Shown here one piece after another: positions 10,505 to 21,230 of a stretch of 57,907 nt of DNA. The DNA is from an uncultured Nitrososphaeraceae archaeon. GTDB taxonomy: Archaea > Thermoproteota > Nitrososphaeria > Nitrososphaerales > Nitrososphaeraceae. The position numbers and the translations under genes are program-made. Each line of letters begins with the position of its first letter. The first letter of the stretch is position 1. Where the stretch lies: the NCBI GenBank assembly GCA_963825865.1, contig CAWGVG010000052.1, positions 1-57,907 of the forward strand. The letters run 5' to 3'. The notes under the pieces are model-generated. The model was given only the letters and a program-made list of their open reading frames with translations, did no database searches and had not been told where the DNA came from.

Positions 10505-11551
10505 AGATCTCTTGCGTAATTAGCAGCTATAGTCTAACACCCTACTTGTTTTAGCCGTCTTCTTAGATTGAAATGCTGTCAGACTGTATAACTCTGAAGT
10601 TCAGGAGACCGGATATTATATCAGATACGTTATTGTACTTCCTTAATCTGTTTCTAAATTTAATACCCATTATTCCAAACTTTTTGATCTTACATATGGT
10701 ATGTTCTACTATGATCCTTAGCCTAGAATGATTCTTGTTGTAAGTTCTTTCATCACATGAAAGCAATGTACCCTTTTTCTTTTTGATACGAAGTACAGAC
10801 TTTACAGTGGGAAAGTCCTTTTCAATGCCAAGATAACCAAGATCAACTATGTTTTCAACTTGTGATGGAGTTATAGAATGATTGTGTTTGTAAATGTCAT
10901 AATCATGTTTTCTTCCACTTCTGTGACCTGTCTTATGCAGTATCAATCCTTCACTGTTTACCATCAATTGTGTCTTGACAGTATGTTTCTTCTTTCTACC
11001 TGAATAGTAACTCTTCCTTCTTCTTTTGTTCTTAGGTCTTGGAATTTCTTGTTCTGTAGAGTCTATGAAAGCCTTGAATCCAGGAAAGTACTCTTCTACT
11101 TCATCTATAGTTCTTAATCTCCTAGTAACGTTTGTATATCTTCTTTGGCAATGGAATACACTCCTTGATAAGTGGTTCCATCATTGATATATCTCTACAA
11201 ACATTGCTTTGATCAAGGTCAAACAGAAATCCTGATAATGTATATGTAATGTATAATCTGTAGTATACTAGAAGCATAACGAATCTTTCTTTAACTTTAA
11301 GCTTAAATGGTCTACCAGCACCTATATCCCGTATTCTCGTCCTTGATAGAAGACGTCTTCTTTCGTGCTCTTCGTAGTTATGTTCAATTTCGTTACAAAT
11401 GGATTCAAATTCAGATACAGTTACTCCGGTAAATGACCTGAATATCAAAGGTTTCTTACATAATTTGCTATAGGACATCAAAGAGCTTGTCAGATAGATA
11501 TCCTATGTGAAGAGGAATATAGCTCTAAGCTTCTAATTACACAAGAGATCT
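10505..11551 (-). mobile_element. IS5-family (ISL2-like) insertion sequence
   Basis: Terminal IR AGATCTCTTGCGTAATTAG / CTAATTACACAAGAGATCT (1 mismatch), AGT on both flanks (10502-10504, 11552-11554), internal transposase. Confidence 0.9.
10563..11478 (-). CDS. Transposase (HTH_Tnp_4 + DDE_Tnp_4), frameshift near 11128
   Basis: FRSFTG, GAGRPFKL, IDSTEQEIPRP, YSGRKKKHTVKTQ, DLGYLG, RIIVEHTI. Confidence 0.9.
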
Positions 11552-12274
11552 AGTAAGAAATTGATTATGACTGAACGAGAATATATCGAAGGCTATCCAT
11601 TGTTGTATTCACCGCTCTGTATTGCTTTGATGGCATCATTGAGTAGTACTTTTGTCATTTGAATTTAAAAGATTGGGCTAAGGAGACGAGCTTCAAAATT
11701 CTCATTCATCCAATATTATAATAGCATCAGTCTTAAAGAAGTCTTACAAAAAGTTTCTCTGGGATCAAATTCAGTTAACAGGCCGCGCGAACTACTTACT
11801 GAATCCCAAGCAGATCATATTAAGCACATAGCCAGGCAGAAAAAATCTAGAGCTATAACGGAGTTAGTAGAAAAGCTTTCATTCAGAATGGACGGAGTTA
11901 GTCTTTCTGGCTATTTCTTTTCTTTGATTTTATTACATGGATTTAGCGTGTGCTCTTATTAATAATAAATATCTAAATAAGTACTAAACTGCTCGCTTGC
12001 AGTGCTTCTTGTGTGTGGAGGAATGATGCATGTACACGAGTAGATTAAATAGAGATAGATGTCATAGGAGATAATTACCATATAATGGTAACTATGCTTG
12101 CTTTCACAACCGAACAAGCTTTAGCAACACATATAGATTCTGATCTCACTACATGCTGAGGTATTCTAATCTAATGTAATAATAGAATATAATACAAATG
12201 TTGTGTAAAAGATAAAATCTGTTTTAAAACCTGTTTTAGAGTATATGCATCAGTAAAATATTCCTAGATCGTTA

Positions 12275-13174
12275 TCATTCGATATCAATTTCCTTCTCGT
12301 TATAAGTAATGATATTACCGACATTTTCTGATTTATCGTATATTATCAGAAGTGCGTTGCATTTTGATCCTTTGATATTAGTAGGAACGAAGATATTAAA
12401 TGAAATTGAAAGTTCTTTATTTTTTACTAATTCCTGCCCATAGCTAATTAGCCCACAGGTAAAATCATATTCTTTACCATCAGAATTGGTTATTAATAGC
12501 TTGATAAATCCTTTCATTTGTGATGCTTCAATCGTGGTATTTACCTGCACTGCCTGTTCTGTTTTTATTTTATCAGATATCACGAAGTCTAGGATTTTCA
12601 CCTTGCCTTTTATGGCCCTATCCATAAACCACTTCTCATTAAGTACAAAATATGCATCGAAATATTCCTTTAACATAGGAGAAATCCCACTCTCAAAAAA
12701 GATTCCGAATACCCGTTTTCCTGTGTTTTTCACTGCGTCTACTACTGGCATATGGTCTTCATCTCCAGACAACAAAATCGCAATATCGTAATGATTTTCA
12801 TATGCCTTTGATAACATATCAACAGCAATTAGAGTGTCTACACGTTTTTGTTCATATCCCCGTTTTTTGGTAAACTTGAGATTTCCTATTCTATCTTCAA
12901 ATCCAGGTAGGTTTCTTATCCTCTGTATATGTATGTCCTGCATTTTTTCTTTTTTATCAGGAACTGCTAAAGTCGCATCGTAATAATAGACTCTAACAAT
13001 ATCAAACAGAAAGTAAGGCAAAGATAGCTCCATCTTTACTGCGTCTACAAAGCTTTTATAATCTATAATATCCTCAGAGAATAAACGTTTTAAATTTTCC
13101 CTCAAATGTCCTGCATCAATAAAAATCATCACTCGCAAAGTGCCGAAAACTTGAGAATTAATTTGAGCACTCAA
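12275..13174 (-). CDS. NYN (LabA/DUF88, PIN-like) domain protein with an extra beta-rich C-terminal domain
   Basis: IFIDAGHL, RVYYYDA, EQKRVDTLIAVDML, ILLSGDEDHMPVVDAVKNTGKRV. Confidence 0.88.
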   Translation of the reverse strand: MSAQINSQVFGTLRVMIFIDAGHLRENLKRLFSEDIIDYKSFVDAVKMELSLPYFLFDIVRVYYYDATLAVPDKKEKMQDIHIQRIRNLPGFEDRIGNLKFTKKRGYEQKRVDTLIAVDMLSKAYENHYDIAILLSGDEDHMPVVDAVKNTGKRVFGIFFESGISPMLKEYFDAYFVLNEKWFMDRAIKGKVKILDFVISDKIKTEQAVQVNTTIEASQMKGFIKLLITNSDGKEYDFTCGLISYGQELVKNKELSISFNIFVPTNIKGSKCNALLIIYDKSENVGNIITYNEKEIDIE

Positions 13175-13283
13175 TATCTGACCATGATTAATGATATTGA
13201 TAAAAATATTTAGCTTATCATTATTTCTTTATGGTCTATCAAAAACAAATAATTTTATACTGTAGATAAACTTTGCAAAATAT

Positions 13284-13724
13284 ATGCATCATCAAGTAAT
13301 TAGATATAGGATTCTTTTTACCTTATATTTGAAACATTATAGCGATCAATTAAGTCAACCGCAACTCACGGATAATGTAATCAAAGAAGCAGGATTAGAA
13401 TACGTTGAAAGGAATATGGTATATGGAGATATAGTTTACCTTAAAGAAAGTAACCTCATTAAAGGTATGGACATTATTGGTCAATCATATCCTTATGCTC
13501 TAATTATTACAGGCAAGGGCATTGATAAGGTAGAAAACGTGATAGATAGGTTCACACAATTTTTAAAAAGTCATAGCAACGAAGAACTACGGATAGAATA
13601 TAAGACTTTGGAAGCAATGGGCATATCTTCTGGCCTGTCTACTCCAATATTACAGGAGATCAAAAGAATAATTGAAAAATACGATAAAGAATTTGCAGTA
13701 TTCATAACTACACCGCAAGCATAG
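13284..13724 (+). CDS. Hypothetical protein, probable winged-helix
   Basis: Intact 146-aa ORF; DIVYLKESNLIKG...IITGKGIDKVE is a wHTH-like ending. Confidence 0.6.
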   Translation: MHHQVIRYRILFTLYLKHYSDQLSQPQLTDNVIKEAGLEYVERNMVYGDIVYLKESNLIKGMDIIGQSYPYALIITGKGIDKVENVIDRFTQFLKSHSNEELRIEYKTLEAMGISSGLSTPILQEIKRIIEKYDKEFAVFITTPQA

Positions 13725-13924
13725 TGCATGGATACACTGCTACCGTTGTTCCATACATAGGGTTTGCAACACCGAGTACGCAAAAGACAAGGATCTAACT
13801 TAACTTGTGCGTCTGCTCTTTTATTAGAGTCATTTTATTTGTATTGCGTAGTTAACTTTATCTTATTCTAGAAGAGGACATAATTGATGAAGCATAAATA
13901 TTGGATACCTTCAACAATACTATG

Positions 13925-14130
13925 TCCTGCTAAAGGGTGAATATCAAGTCCTATGATTAAGGCTCTTACAAATTATATCAAGGGCGTCTTGTGGGCTGAT
14001 CCTATTTTGTTCTGCTGCATGTAGAAATCTTTTCAATGCTTCAATAATGAATGTACCAGATCCACATGCAGGATCATTATAATCAGGTCTTCTATACTCC
14101 TCTGCATGCAATATCTGTACAATTCCATCA
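13925..14130 (-). pseudogene. N6-adenine DNA methyltransferase fragment (restriction-modification relic)
   Basis: DPACGSGTF (motif I) at 14049-14075, followed by IIEALKRFL...IGLDIHPLA. Confidence 0.8.
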
Positions 14131-14790
14131 GCCCATTACGTTACTACTATACCCCTACCTATTATGGCTCATCTAGATTCTCCAGAACGAAAAGCGAGAG
14201 AAGAAGCTTTGAAGGAAGTCGAACGACCAAGTGCACTGGTAAAGTATTTTGATCCATAGTGAGATTCCTTTCTTCTTCTACGAAATAGTCATTCATAATT
14301 TAGCTAAATTATTAATGGTTGAACTTTAATTTTCTTCTAAAAAATCAAATATTTAGGTAATATATTTGGGTAAACCCTAAACTATGGTCTGCCCGTTAGT
14401 TTAGAAATTATCTTTTGTAATGCAATGATATAAAGGATAAGCATGTGTTGTCTTGAGATATGCTCTATAAGAGCATAATCGTCTTTGGCTGAATATTAAT
14501 GGCCATTATCAAATATAGTAAAATGTCCAAATTCGGTCATATTATTATGTTCCCTTTCTAACGCTCTTGCTATTACTTTATCAATCCCAAGCAGAATTGC
14601 AGCTTCTTTCCATTCTGGACTTAATAAACAATCAAAGCATCTTTAGCGTAATTTGGATTCTTTCTATGTTCCATTAGTTCCAGACCTGATGTAGTTTCAA
14701 CTAGCTCGACAATCCCGGTACCTGTTATACAATTATTCAAACAAAAAAGATATAGCTGATGTTAATATAATATAAACAACAACAAGTAAA

Positions 14791-15062
14791 ATGAATAACT
14801 CGTTCTCATCATCTCCCTCATCAAGAGTAAACGAAACTTACAGTAAAGATCCTGTTAATCTTGTTACAATTAATGAAAAAGTAAAGCTAACGAAAGATTA
14901 ACACGAAGTTTTGAATATTATTTGTAAGACATATCAAATATCTATTTCAGAATACATGCAAGAAGCACTAGTTGAAGCAATGAAGTTTGATCTAGAGGAA
15001 GGGAATTTCTGTGATGTTCTATTAGGTAAGATAATAGACGAGGACGATGATAAGAAAAAGGT
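14791..15062 (+). pseudogene. Small hypothetical protein (possibly ribbon-helix-helix-like) with an internal stop, truncated
   Basis: VTINEKVKLTKD*HEVLNIICKTYQISISEYMQEALVEAM; abuts the broken 3' end of the TPR gene. Confidence 0.4.
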
Positions 15063-15064
15063 CT

Positions 15065-16226
15065 GTATGTGTTTGCTTAACTTTCTCGCATTTTCATAAC
15101 ACTCTATTGCTTCTTCATACCTTTCCAACTTAGCATAAATTCGTCCTTTGTCATACCAGGCTAATGGAAATTTTGGATTTATTTGCAACGATATATCATA
15201 GGTTTTTAGAGCTTTGTCATACTGTCTTAAACCAATATAACACACACGGCCCTTATAATACCATGATTGATAAAGACGTAGTTCTATTTTTATCGCTTGA
15301 TCAAAATATTTTATAGCTTCATGGTACATTTCTTCAATTTGTTCATAGTTGGCACGGCGACCGCTCTTACTTTCCAATTCTGTTGCCAAATAATAATTCG
15401 AATATCCTATGTTATGTCGCGGTATGGCAAGTGGTGATTTTTCCGTGTGTATGGCTTCTTCAAAATGAACCAGGGCTAATCTGTATTGATAGAACATTGC
15501 TAGAACATGACCCCATGTATTGTAGCACTAAATCGAAGCTACGATTCTATATCAGCGGCTTCCTTAAAGCATTTGAAGATTTTAACGAAGTTGTCCTCTT
15601 CTCCATTGAACTCTTTTAGAACATGACCCCATGTATTGTACATTAACTCAAAGTTAGAAGGTCTTGGCATAGCTTGGCTAGAGGCTTTTTCCTTATCGTA
15701 TGCTTGTTCAAGGTAGTCAAGGAAGACACTTTTTTGTATTTGTGGATTTTGCTCTTTAAGCATAGTCTGCCATGACATATGCTTTGATTCTCAAAGTATC
15801 AGCATATTCTATTTTATATCTGGTTATGTCCTTCTTTTTGTCATTGGCTTTTTTGAAATAACTTATAGCTTTATCTAAACATTCGAGAGCTAGCTTGTAT
15901 TGGTTATCATTACCAAGAGTATAGCCTTTGTTATGATAGACCATAGCAAAGCCTGCATCTAATTCAGACATATCCTTGGCGTCCTCGTTATTCTCTGGGA
16001 TGTGGCTAAGCTCCGCTAGTGCACTTTCGAAACATACTAATGCCGTCTTATAGTCCAGTAATGAGTCAAGAGCAACGCCTTTGCCATTATACCCTAACAC
16101 GCGTTTCCACTTTTCATCAATGTTTGAGATGGCATTCGCACGATCAAAGCTTTTTAATGCATCAGTATATTTATCTAACTCACAAAACAGTTTTCCCTTG
16201 TACAGATATTCATCAACGGTAGTCAT
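15065..16226 (-). CDS. Tetratricopeptide-repeat protein, two frameshifts, 3' end truncated
   Basis: Repeated (W/Y)xxKG...Y..A...(F/Y)D.A motifs across ORFs 15756..16253, 15539..15778 and 14934..15497. Confidence 0.85.
15501..15640. repeat. Perfect 24-bp direct repeat inside the TPR gene
   Basis: TAGAACATGACCCCATGTATTGTA at 15501-15524 and 15617-15640 (YNTWGHVL on the minus strand). Confidence 0.9.
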
Positions 16227-16549
16227 TAACCAAACTACGCCTATCGCTTGCACAATTGTTTGATTGTTTTACTAAACATCATGCCTGACTTATGATAATT
16301 CACGCTTAAATGTAAAAGATACGGTACAAATGCATATAAAAACGCCATTCTTGAAAAGAAAAAGCATTTAATTCCATTAATATTCAATATTATTGTTAAA
16401 ACCCTGTTAATTAAATACTTTATCGTTTGATATAACTGAAATTGTTCTAGGCGAGAGTCACCGTTGGTGAAATGCATTAATAAAAATTAACTTTTGACTG
16501 TAAAAGATGCATTAATAAAATGAAATGTTATAGATACATATCATTCAAA

Positions 16550-18031
16550 ATGAACTTAAAACAATGGTGTGAATTAGATGAACTCATATATGTATCACAA
16601 ACCGATGAAGAATACAAGCGCTATGCAGGTCTCAATTATAATGAAAAAATGATAGAACGGCTTGCGGAAATGAAAATAAGTAATTCAAACATATTCATCG
16701 ATTTTTTTTCGCAGCCCAAACCTGTTCTGCTTGGAGCAATAGAAGATATTGCCTATTCTAAGACTAAGAAACTGGAACTAGAGCTGCACAATACAAGAAA
16801 CACGAATATTACCTCCTCAAGACATATGTTCAAGGATTCTCCAGTAAACTGGAGTACATGGCGCCAATTCAATAGCTTTGAAAAAGAACCAAAAAATCGA
16901 AAGGAGGTATTTGATGAATTTATTGAAAAATCCAAATACATCGCACCAATCGTAGAGAATAGGTTTTCGAAAATAAAACAAGTCTACGAGGAAAATAGAC
17001 ACAGCAAAGATGATAAAGAAATGAATAATCAGCTAGATCCAGTCTCTGCTTACTTAGAGCAAGAAAATATTTCATATGAAAAATTAATTGACTTTATAAA
17101 ATACATGGGACAAAGAGCAAAGAAACCATTCAAAGATGCAGTGGCTGATATTGGTAAGATGGTTCTTGGTAAAGAACCGGAATATTACGATGATTTTTAC
17201 TTTTTTAGAAACAAAATATATTCTGACATAGACAGCAATTTCTTAACTATAGATCCACTCAGCGAGGTCAAAAAAATACTAACTAATATGGAATTTGATT
17301 TGTCTAAAATCTATTTTGATACTGAAGATAGAGGGAACAAATATCCATCACCCATATGCTTCTTTGTAAAGATACCTACTGATATACGAATACTCTATAA
17401 GAGGGAGAGCCCATATTTTGACCTTCAGGCTTGTTTTCATGAAACAGGACATGCCATGCATGCTAGTTCTGTCGATGCAGAAAATGAGTATTGGGATAAA
17501 TATAGAATTCCAATGGGGATAGCAGAAGTATTTTCTACATTTTTAGAACGACTAACAAAAAACAGCAGGTATATAGAATCATTGTTTAGTTCAAAAGAAA
17601 ATCAAAACATGATCAGCAAACTCATATCAAGAACCCATTTTATGGAATTATTTTTTATCACGTTTTATGCAGCAAATTCGTTAATGAAGTTGGCATATTG
17701 GAAGGAAAACTTGTCAATACACCAAACATCTGAACTTTACTACAGGTTAATAAAAGAATATACAGGATTTGAGATGCCCGGAGAATATTGGTTACTACAT
17801 CACATTCTTCCCGAATCAATAATGTATGTACCAAGTTACCTGCTTGCGGCTGTAAGGGCAGCAGAACTAGAGATACATATTAGAAATAAACATAGCGATA
17901 AATGGTGGAAAGAAAAACAAGCAGGGAAAGATCTTAGGGAAATAATGAAATCCGGAGCAAAAATCGACCTATCTATATTTTCAAAACTTGATAGCAATGC
18001 ATTTTTGCAAGAGATAACACAGCAAGTATAG
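16550..18031 (+). CDS. M3/M32-like gluzincin metallopeptidase (oligopeptidase-like)
   Basis: FHETGHAMH (HExxH) with downstream GIAEVFS third ligand and YVPSYLLA; intact ~493 aa. Confidence 0.8.
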   Translation: MNLKQWCELDELIYVSQTDEEYKRYAGLNYNEKMIERLAEMKISNSNIFIDFFSQPKPVLLGAIEDIAYSKTKKLELELHNTRNTNITSSRHMFKDSPVNWSTWRQFNSFEKEPKNRKEVFDEFIEKSKYIAPIVENRFSKIKQVYEENRHSKDDKEMNNQLDPVSAYLEQENISYEKLIDFIKYMGQRAKKPFKDAVADIGKMVLGKEPEYYDDFYFFRNKIYSDIDSNFLTIDPLSEVKKILTNMEFDLSKIYFDTEDRGNKYPSPICFFVKIPTDIRILYKRESPYFDLQACFHETGHAMHASSVDAENEYWDKYRIPMGIAEVFSTFLERLTKNSRYIESLFSSKENQNMISKLISRTHFMELFFITFYAANSLMKLAYWKENLSIHQTSELYYRLIKEYTGFEMPGEYWLLHHILPESIMYVPSYLLAAVRAAELEIHIRNKHSDKWWKEKQAGKDLREIMKSGAKIDLSIFSKLDSNAFLQEITQQV

Positions 18032-18138
18032 ATATGAGTAAGGATCCTGTGTCTACTTCTTCTTCTACCTCATCTTCTCGTCTAAAAAAATCACACTCAT
18101 TCTTGATGTACTTCAATACCTTCTCTAGACTCCAATCT

Positions 18139-18583
18139 TTATGATAAACCCATGTGTTGGGTAAAACAGGGTGATCTCAGCTCTTTTTCTTCAATTTCGT
18201 GCATCCGTCGCATTCTAATAGTATTGTCATTTTTTAAAACCAAATGCACAAGATAATATAGTGGTAAATTTTCATTAAAAATCTCACTTTCAGTATATTC
18301 AGTCGTATCTGGATAACCATAAGGGAGCTTTCCCTTATCAAACATTAGCTTTGGACATTACCTCTTGATTTATTATTGCGTCCATCTCGTTTCCATTTGG
18401 GCTTCTAAGATAGTCATCTAATTCTAAAGCATTCTCGTATAACTTTCGCTCAATTTCTTTATTATCAGTTATGTATTCCGATATTTCTTGATGTAATTGA
18501 TGTAGCATTACGGGGCGATCCTTTAAAACCGTCTGTATAAAATCTTCGACTTTTTCTATCAGAGTCATCATCAAGTTGTACAT
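18139..18583 (-). CDS. Hypothetical protein(s), probably one frameshifted gene
   Basis: Two overlapping ORFs with protein-like composition and no recognisable motif. Confidence 0.4.
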
Positions 18584-18735
18584 TGAATAAACCTTATCTT
18601 TTTTTGATCAAAAGACAATTACTAAAATGTGCTATAAATAAAAGAAAAATATTGAGTGCATGCAGTTGCCATTTAGCATATATCAACAAAGAGCGCATTG
18701 AGTTGATTTAATTATTTTACTTTTATTAGAAACAG

Positions 18736-19858
18736 TACTATACTCACTAACATTAATTCGCTAACTCATATTTCTCGATAGATACTTGGCTATGTGTAGT
18801 TTGAAACGCTTTGTTCTATAGTAGTTAGCTATAGCACATGTTAGATCTTGAAATCTAGGATAGTATTTTGATACAAGCAGATTATATTTTCCCTGTCTCC
18901 AGCACTCTTCGACGGCATTGAATTCAGACGAACCTTTTGGAAAGTATATCACTTTTAATACATCTCTTCTGTCTTTATGTACTTTCTTACCATCTTGGAG
19001 CGATGATGTTGACGTGCTCTATCTATAAACAATATCAGTCGGCCAAATCTGTTTTGCATATGTTTGATATAATCCAGAAAAGTGTATTGGTTAAAGCTAT
19101 CATATTGTCGGAAGAATTGTCTACCGTCTATACATAGGGCACCAAATACACAAGTCCTTTGATGTGATCCAGTCATTGTTACAATTGGTCTTATTCTATC
19201 TGCCGTCCACATCTTCCTTCGAATCAAAGAATCATGTATAAAGATGGATTCATCAGCAACAGCGACAGTGAATCCTTCAGGTATATGCGAGATTATCTGT
19301 TTAGCCTTTTTCGAAATTTATCTTTCTCTTGCTTTGATGCAGCATTAACAAATCTCATTCTGGGTACTTTAGGACTGAAACCCCATCTATGTAATAGTCG
19401 ATAGATGTGAACTTCATGATATTTGACTCCTGTTATTTCATATATCAAATTCATCACTTCTTTAGCCATCCATCCTGACTGATTTTTTGACAATTCTCTT
19501 CTTATCCCAGTAGATGTTTCTTTTGATACTTCTGGAGGTCTACCGCTCCTATGCTTATTCTTTAGTCCTTTCAAACCAGCATTATCAAATCTCTTGAGCC
19601 ATTTGTAAGCCCACCATCTAGATCTATGGAATTCTTTCTCAGATACACTGGCTGCTTCTTTCTTATCCATTCTGACACGTCTTACAAGCAAAATCCTTTC
19701 TCGAATATTCGCATCCTTTTCATTTCTATAAGCATCGTTTAAAACTGCAACAGACATCAAAGTGAATACTCTGAGTATATTCATAACATATTCAAGCTAA
19801 ATTGATATTGAACTAGATCGTTAGACAGTTGTATCAAATTATGTTAGGCAGTCTAGTA
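18736..19858 (-). mobile_element. IS630-family insertion sequence
   Basis: Imperfect IR TACTATACTCACTAACATTAATTCG (18736-18760) versus reverse complement TACTAGACTGCCTAACATAATTTG (19835-19858), TA ends, internal transposase. Confidence 0.8.
18761..19757 (-). CDS. IS630 transposase in three frames (HTH + DDE_3)
   Basis: WAYKWLKRF...RSGRPP...LHRWGFSPKVP, then ADESIF, IDRARQH and EFNAVEECWRQ. Confidence 0.88.
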
Positions 19859-20204
19859 TTAGTGTAATATTATTAAGTACTAACCTTAAGACATGAATTT
19901 CATAGTATAGAAAATAAGAGGGTGACTAAAGCAAAATCCAAGGATGTGTCAGACATTTTTAACTATATGATCCTTACCATCCTTAGGATCCTTCCATATA
20001 GACAGATCTTGATTTCTGATAATAGAATTACTGCTTGGGTTAATCGATAATGGTCGTAAGCATAGTAAGAGTGGTGTGATCTAAAGTTTCTAGACATCAA
20101 TGCCAAGTAGTTATAAACCATCTCACACAGGACCCATTATGTACAAAGGAAAATATGCTATAGTCAAACCTCTAATTCCATTATTTTATATTGAACAGAA
20201 TGTT

Positions 20205-20870
20205 ACGCAAGAAGAATTTGGCATGATGATTGATATTTAGCTAACGATTCATCCCTTTGAATATTGTTTGCCTTGTTATTAATATCATTTTTCTTGTTTG
20301 CCCTGCTAGTGTAAATAGTATCAAATACTGTTACATCATCATCTTCAATAATTGTTGGGAATATCTGGTCTTCCAACTTTTGTATATCACAAGCCAGTAA
20401 TCTTAGGACTTCTTTTACAAGCTTCCAAAGTTCTACTTTATAGACATCAATATTAAGATCCTGATAGTTTGTTGAATATCCCTTATAGCCATCTTCTTGC
20501 TAGCCAGTTTTGTAATATTTGATTAAGCTACCAGATTCTTTGTTTAGCGATTTACCTATTTTGTGTTGTGGTGTATAAGATTGGTAGTTATCAGGATCTT
20601 TATTCAAAATAATCGAATATGCCAAGAGAGATGGATCAACTTCTGCTGCTTCTAATTGTTTGAATGCTCTTAGTACATTGAAAGTCAAATCAGGTTTATT
20701 ATTTTTATAATCATCAACCAGCTGGTTGAATACCAGATTGAAGAATGGAGGTCTATCTCTTTTCTTACCTTCCATCCCCTTTATGATCACTTTACCATCT
20801 GCTTGAATGCCTATGTAATGTTTTTTGCTAAGCAATATGCTTCTAACGAAGGTATTCTGATGTCGACTGT
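20205..20870 (-). pseudogene. Family-B DNA polymerase C-terminal (thumb) fragment, copy 1
   Basis: KKHYIGIQADGKVIIKGMEGKKRDRPPFF corresponds to the KKxY / KGxExxRxD motifs. There is an in-frame TAG at 20500, after which the frame continues QEDGYKGYSTNYQDL. Confidence 0.85.
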
Positions 20871-21230
20871 AAACACATCGTAATTTAAGTAGTTATTGGA
20901 TTACTCATTTTTTCATAATATTTTCTTGTATGTTGTTGTTTCAAGTTATTGTTAATAAATTAGGCAAGGTTCCGCAGATGATCATATGCTGCAGTCTGGA
21001 TACAGCTTATATTTACTTATGAAACAGCAATAGCGACAGGAATAATGAAACTACGAAGAAGTACTATATGTTTCTGTTATTTCCCCTATTATCCCTGTAA
21101 TAAGACCCGATTGGCATTCGTAGTGGATGAGTATTTTGTCTTCTAACTATACTTATATAATTCTGTTTACCAGTACATAATTGGCACGATAAACGTCTCG
21201 GTCCCAGGAAAGAGAGTATTTGCACAATAC

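Noticed and set aside
11100-11140. Programmed frameshift in the IS5-like transposase
   Set aside because: The second copy is shifted at a different site and there is no slippery run here.
16472-16520. ATGCATTAATAAAA twice upstream of the peptidase gene
   Set aside because: Short and AT-rich; it could be an operator but is not distinguishable from chance.
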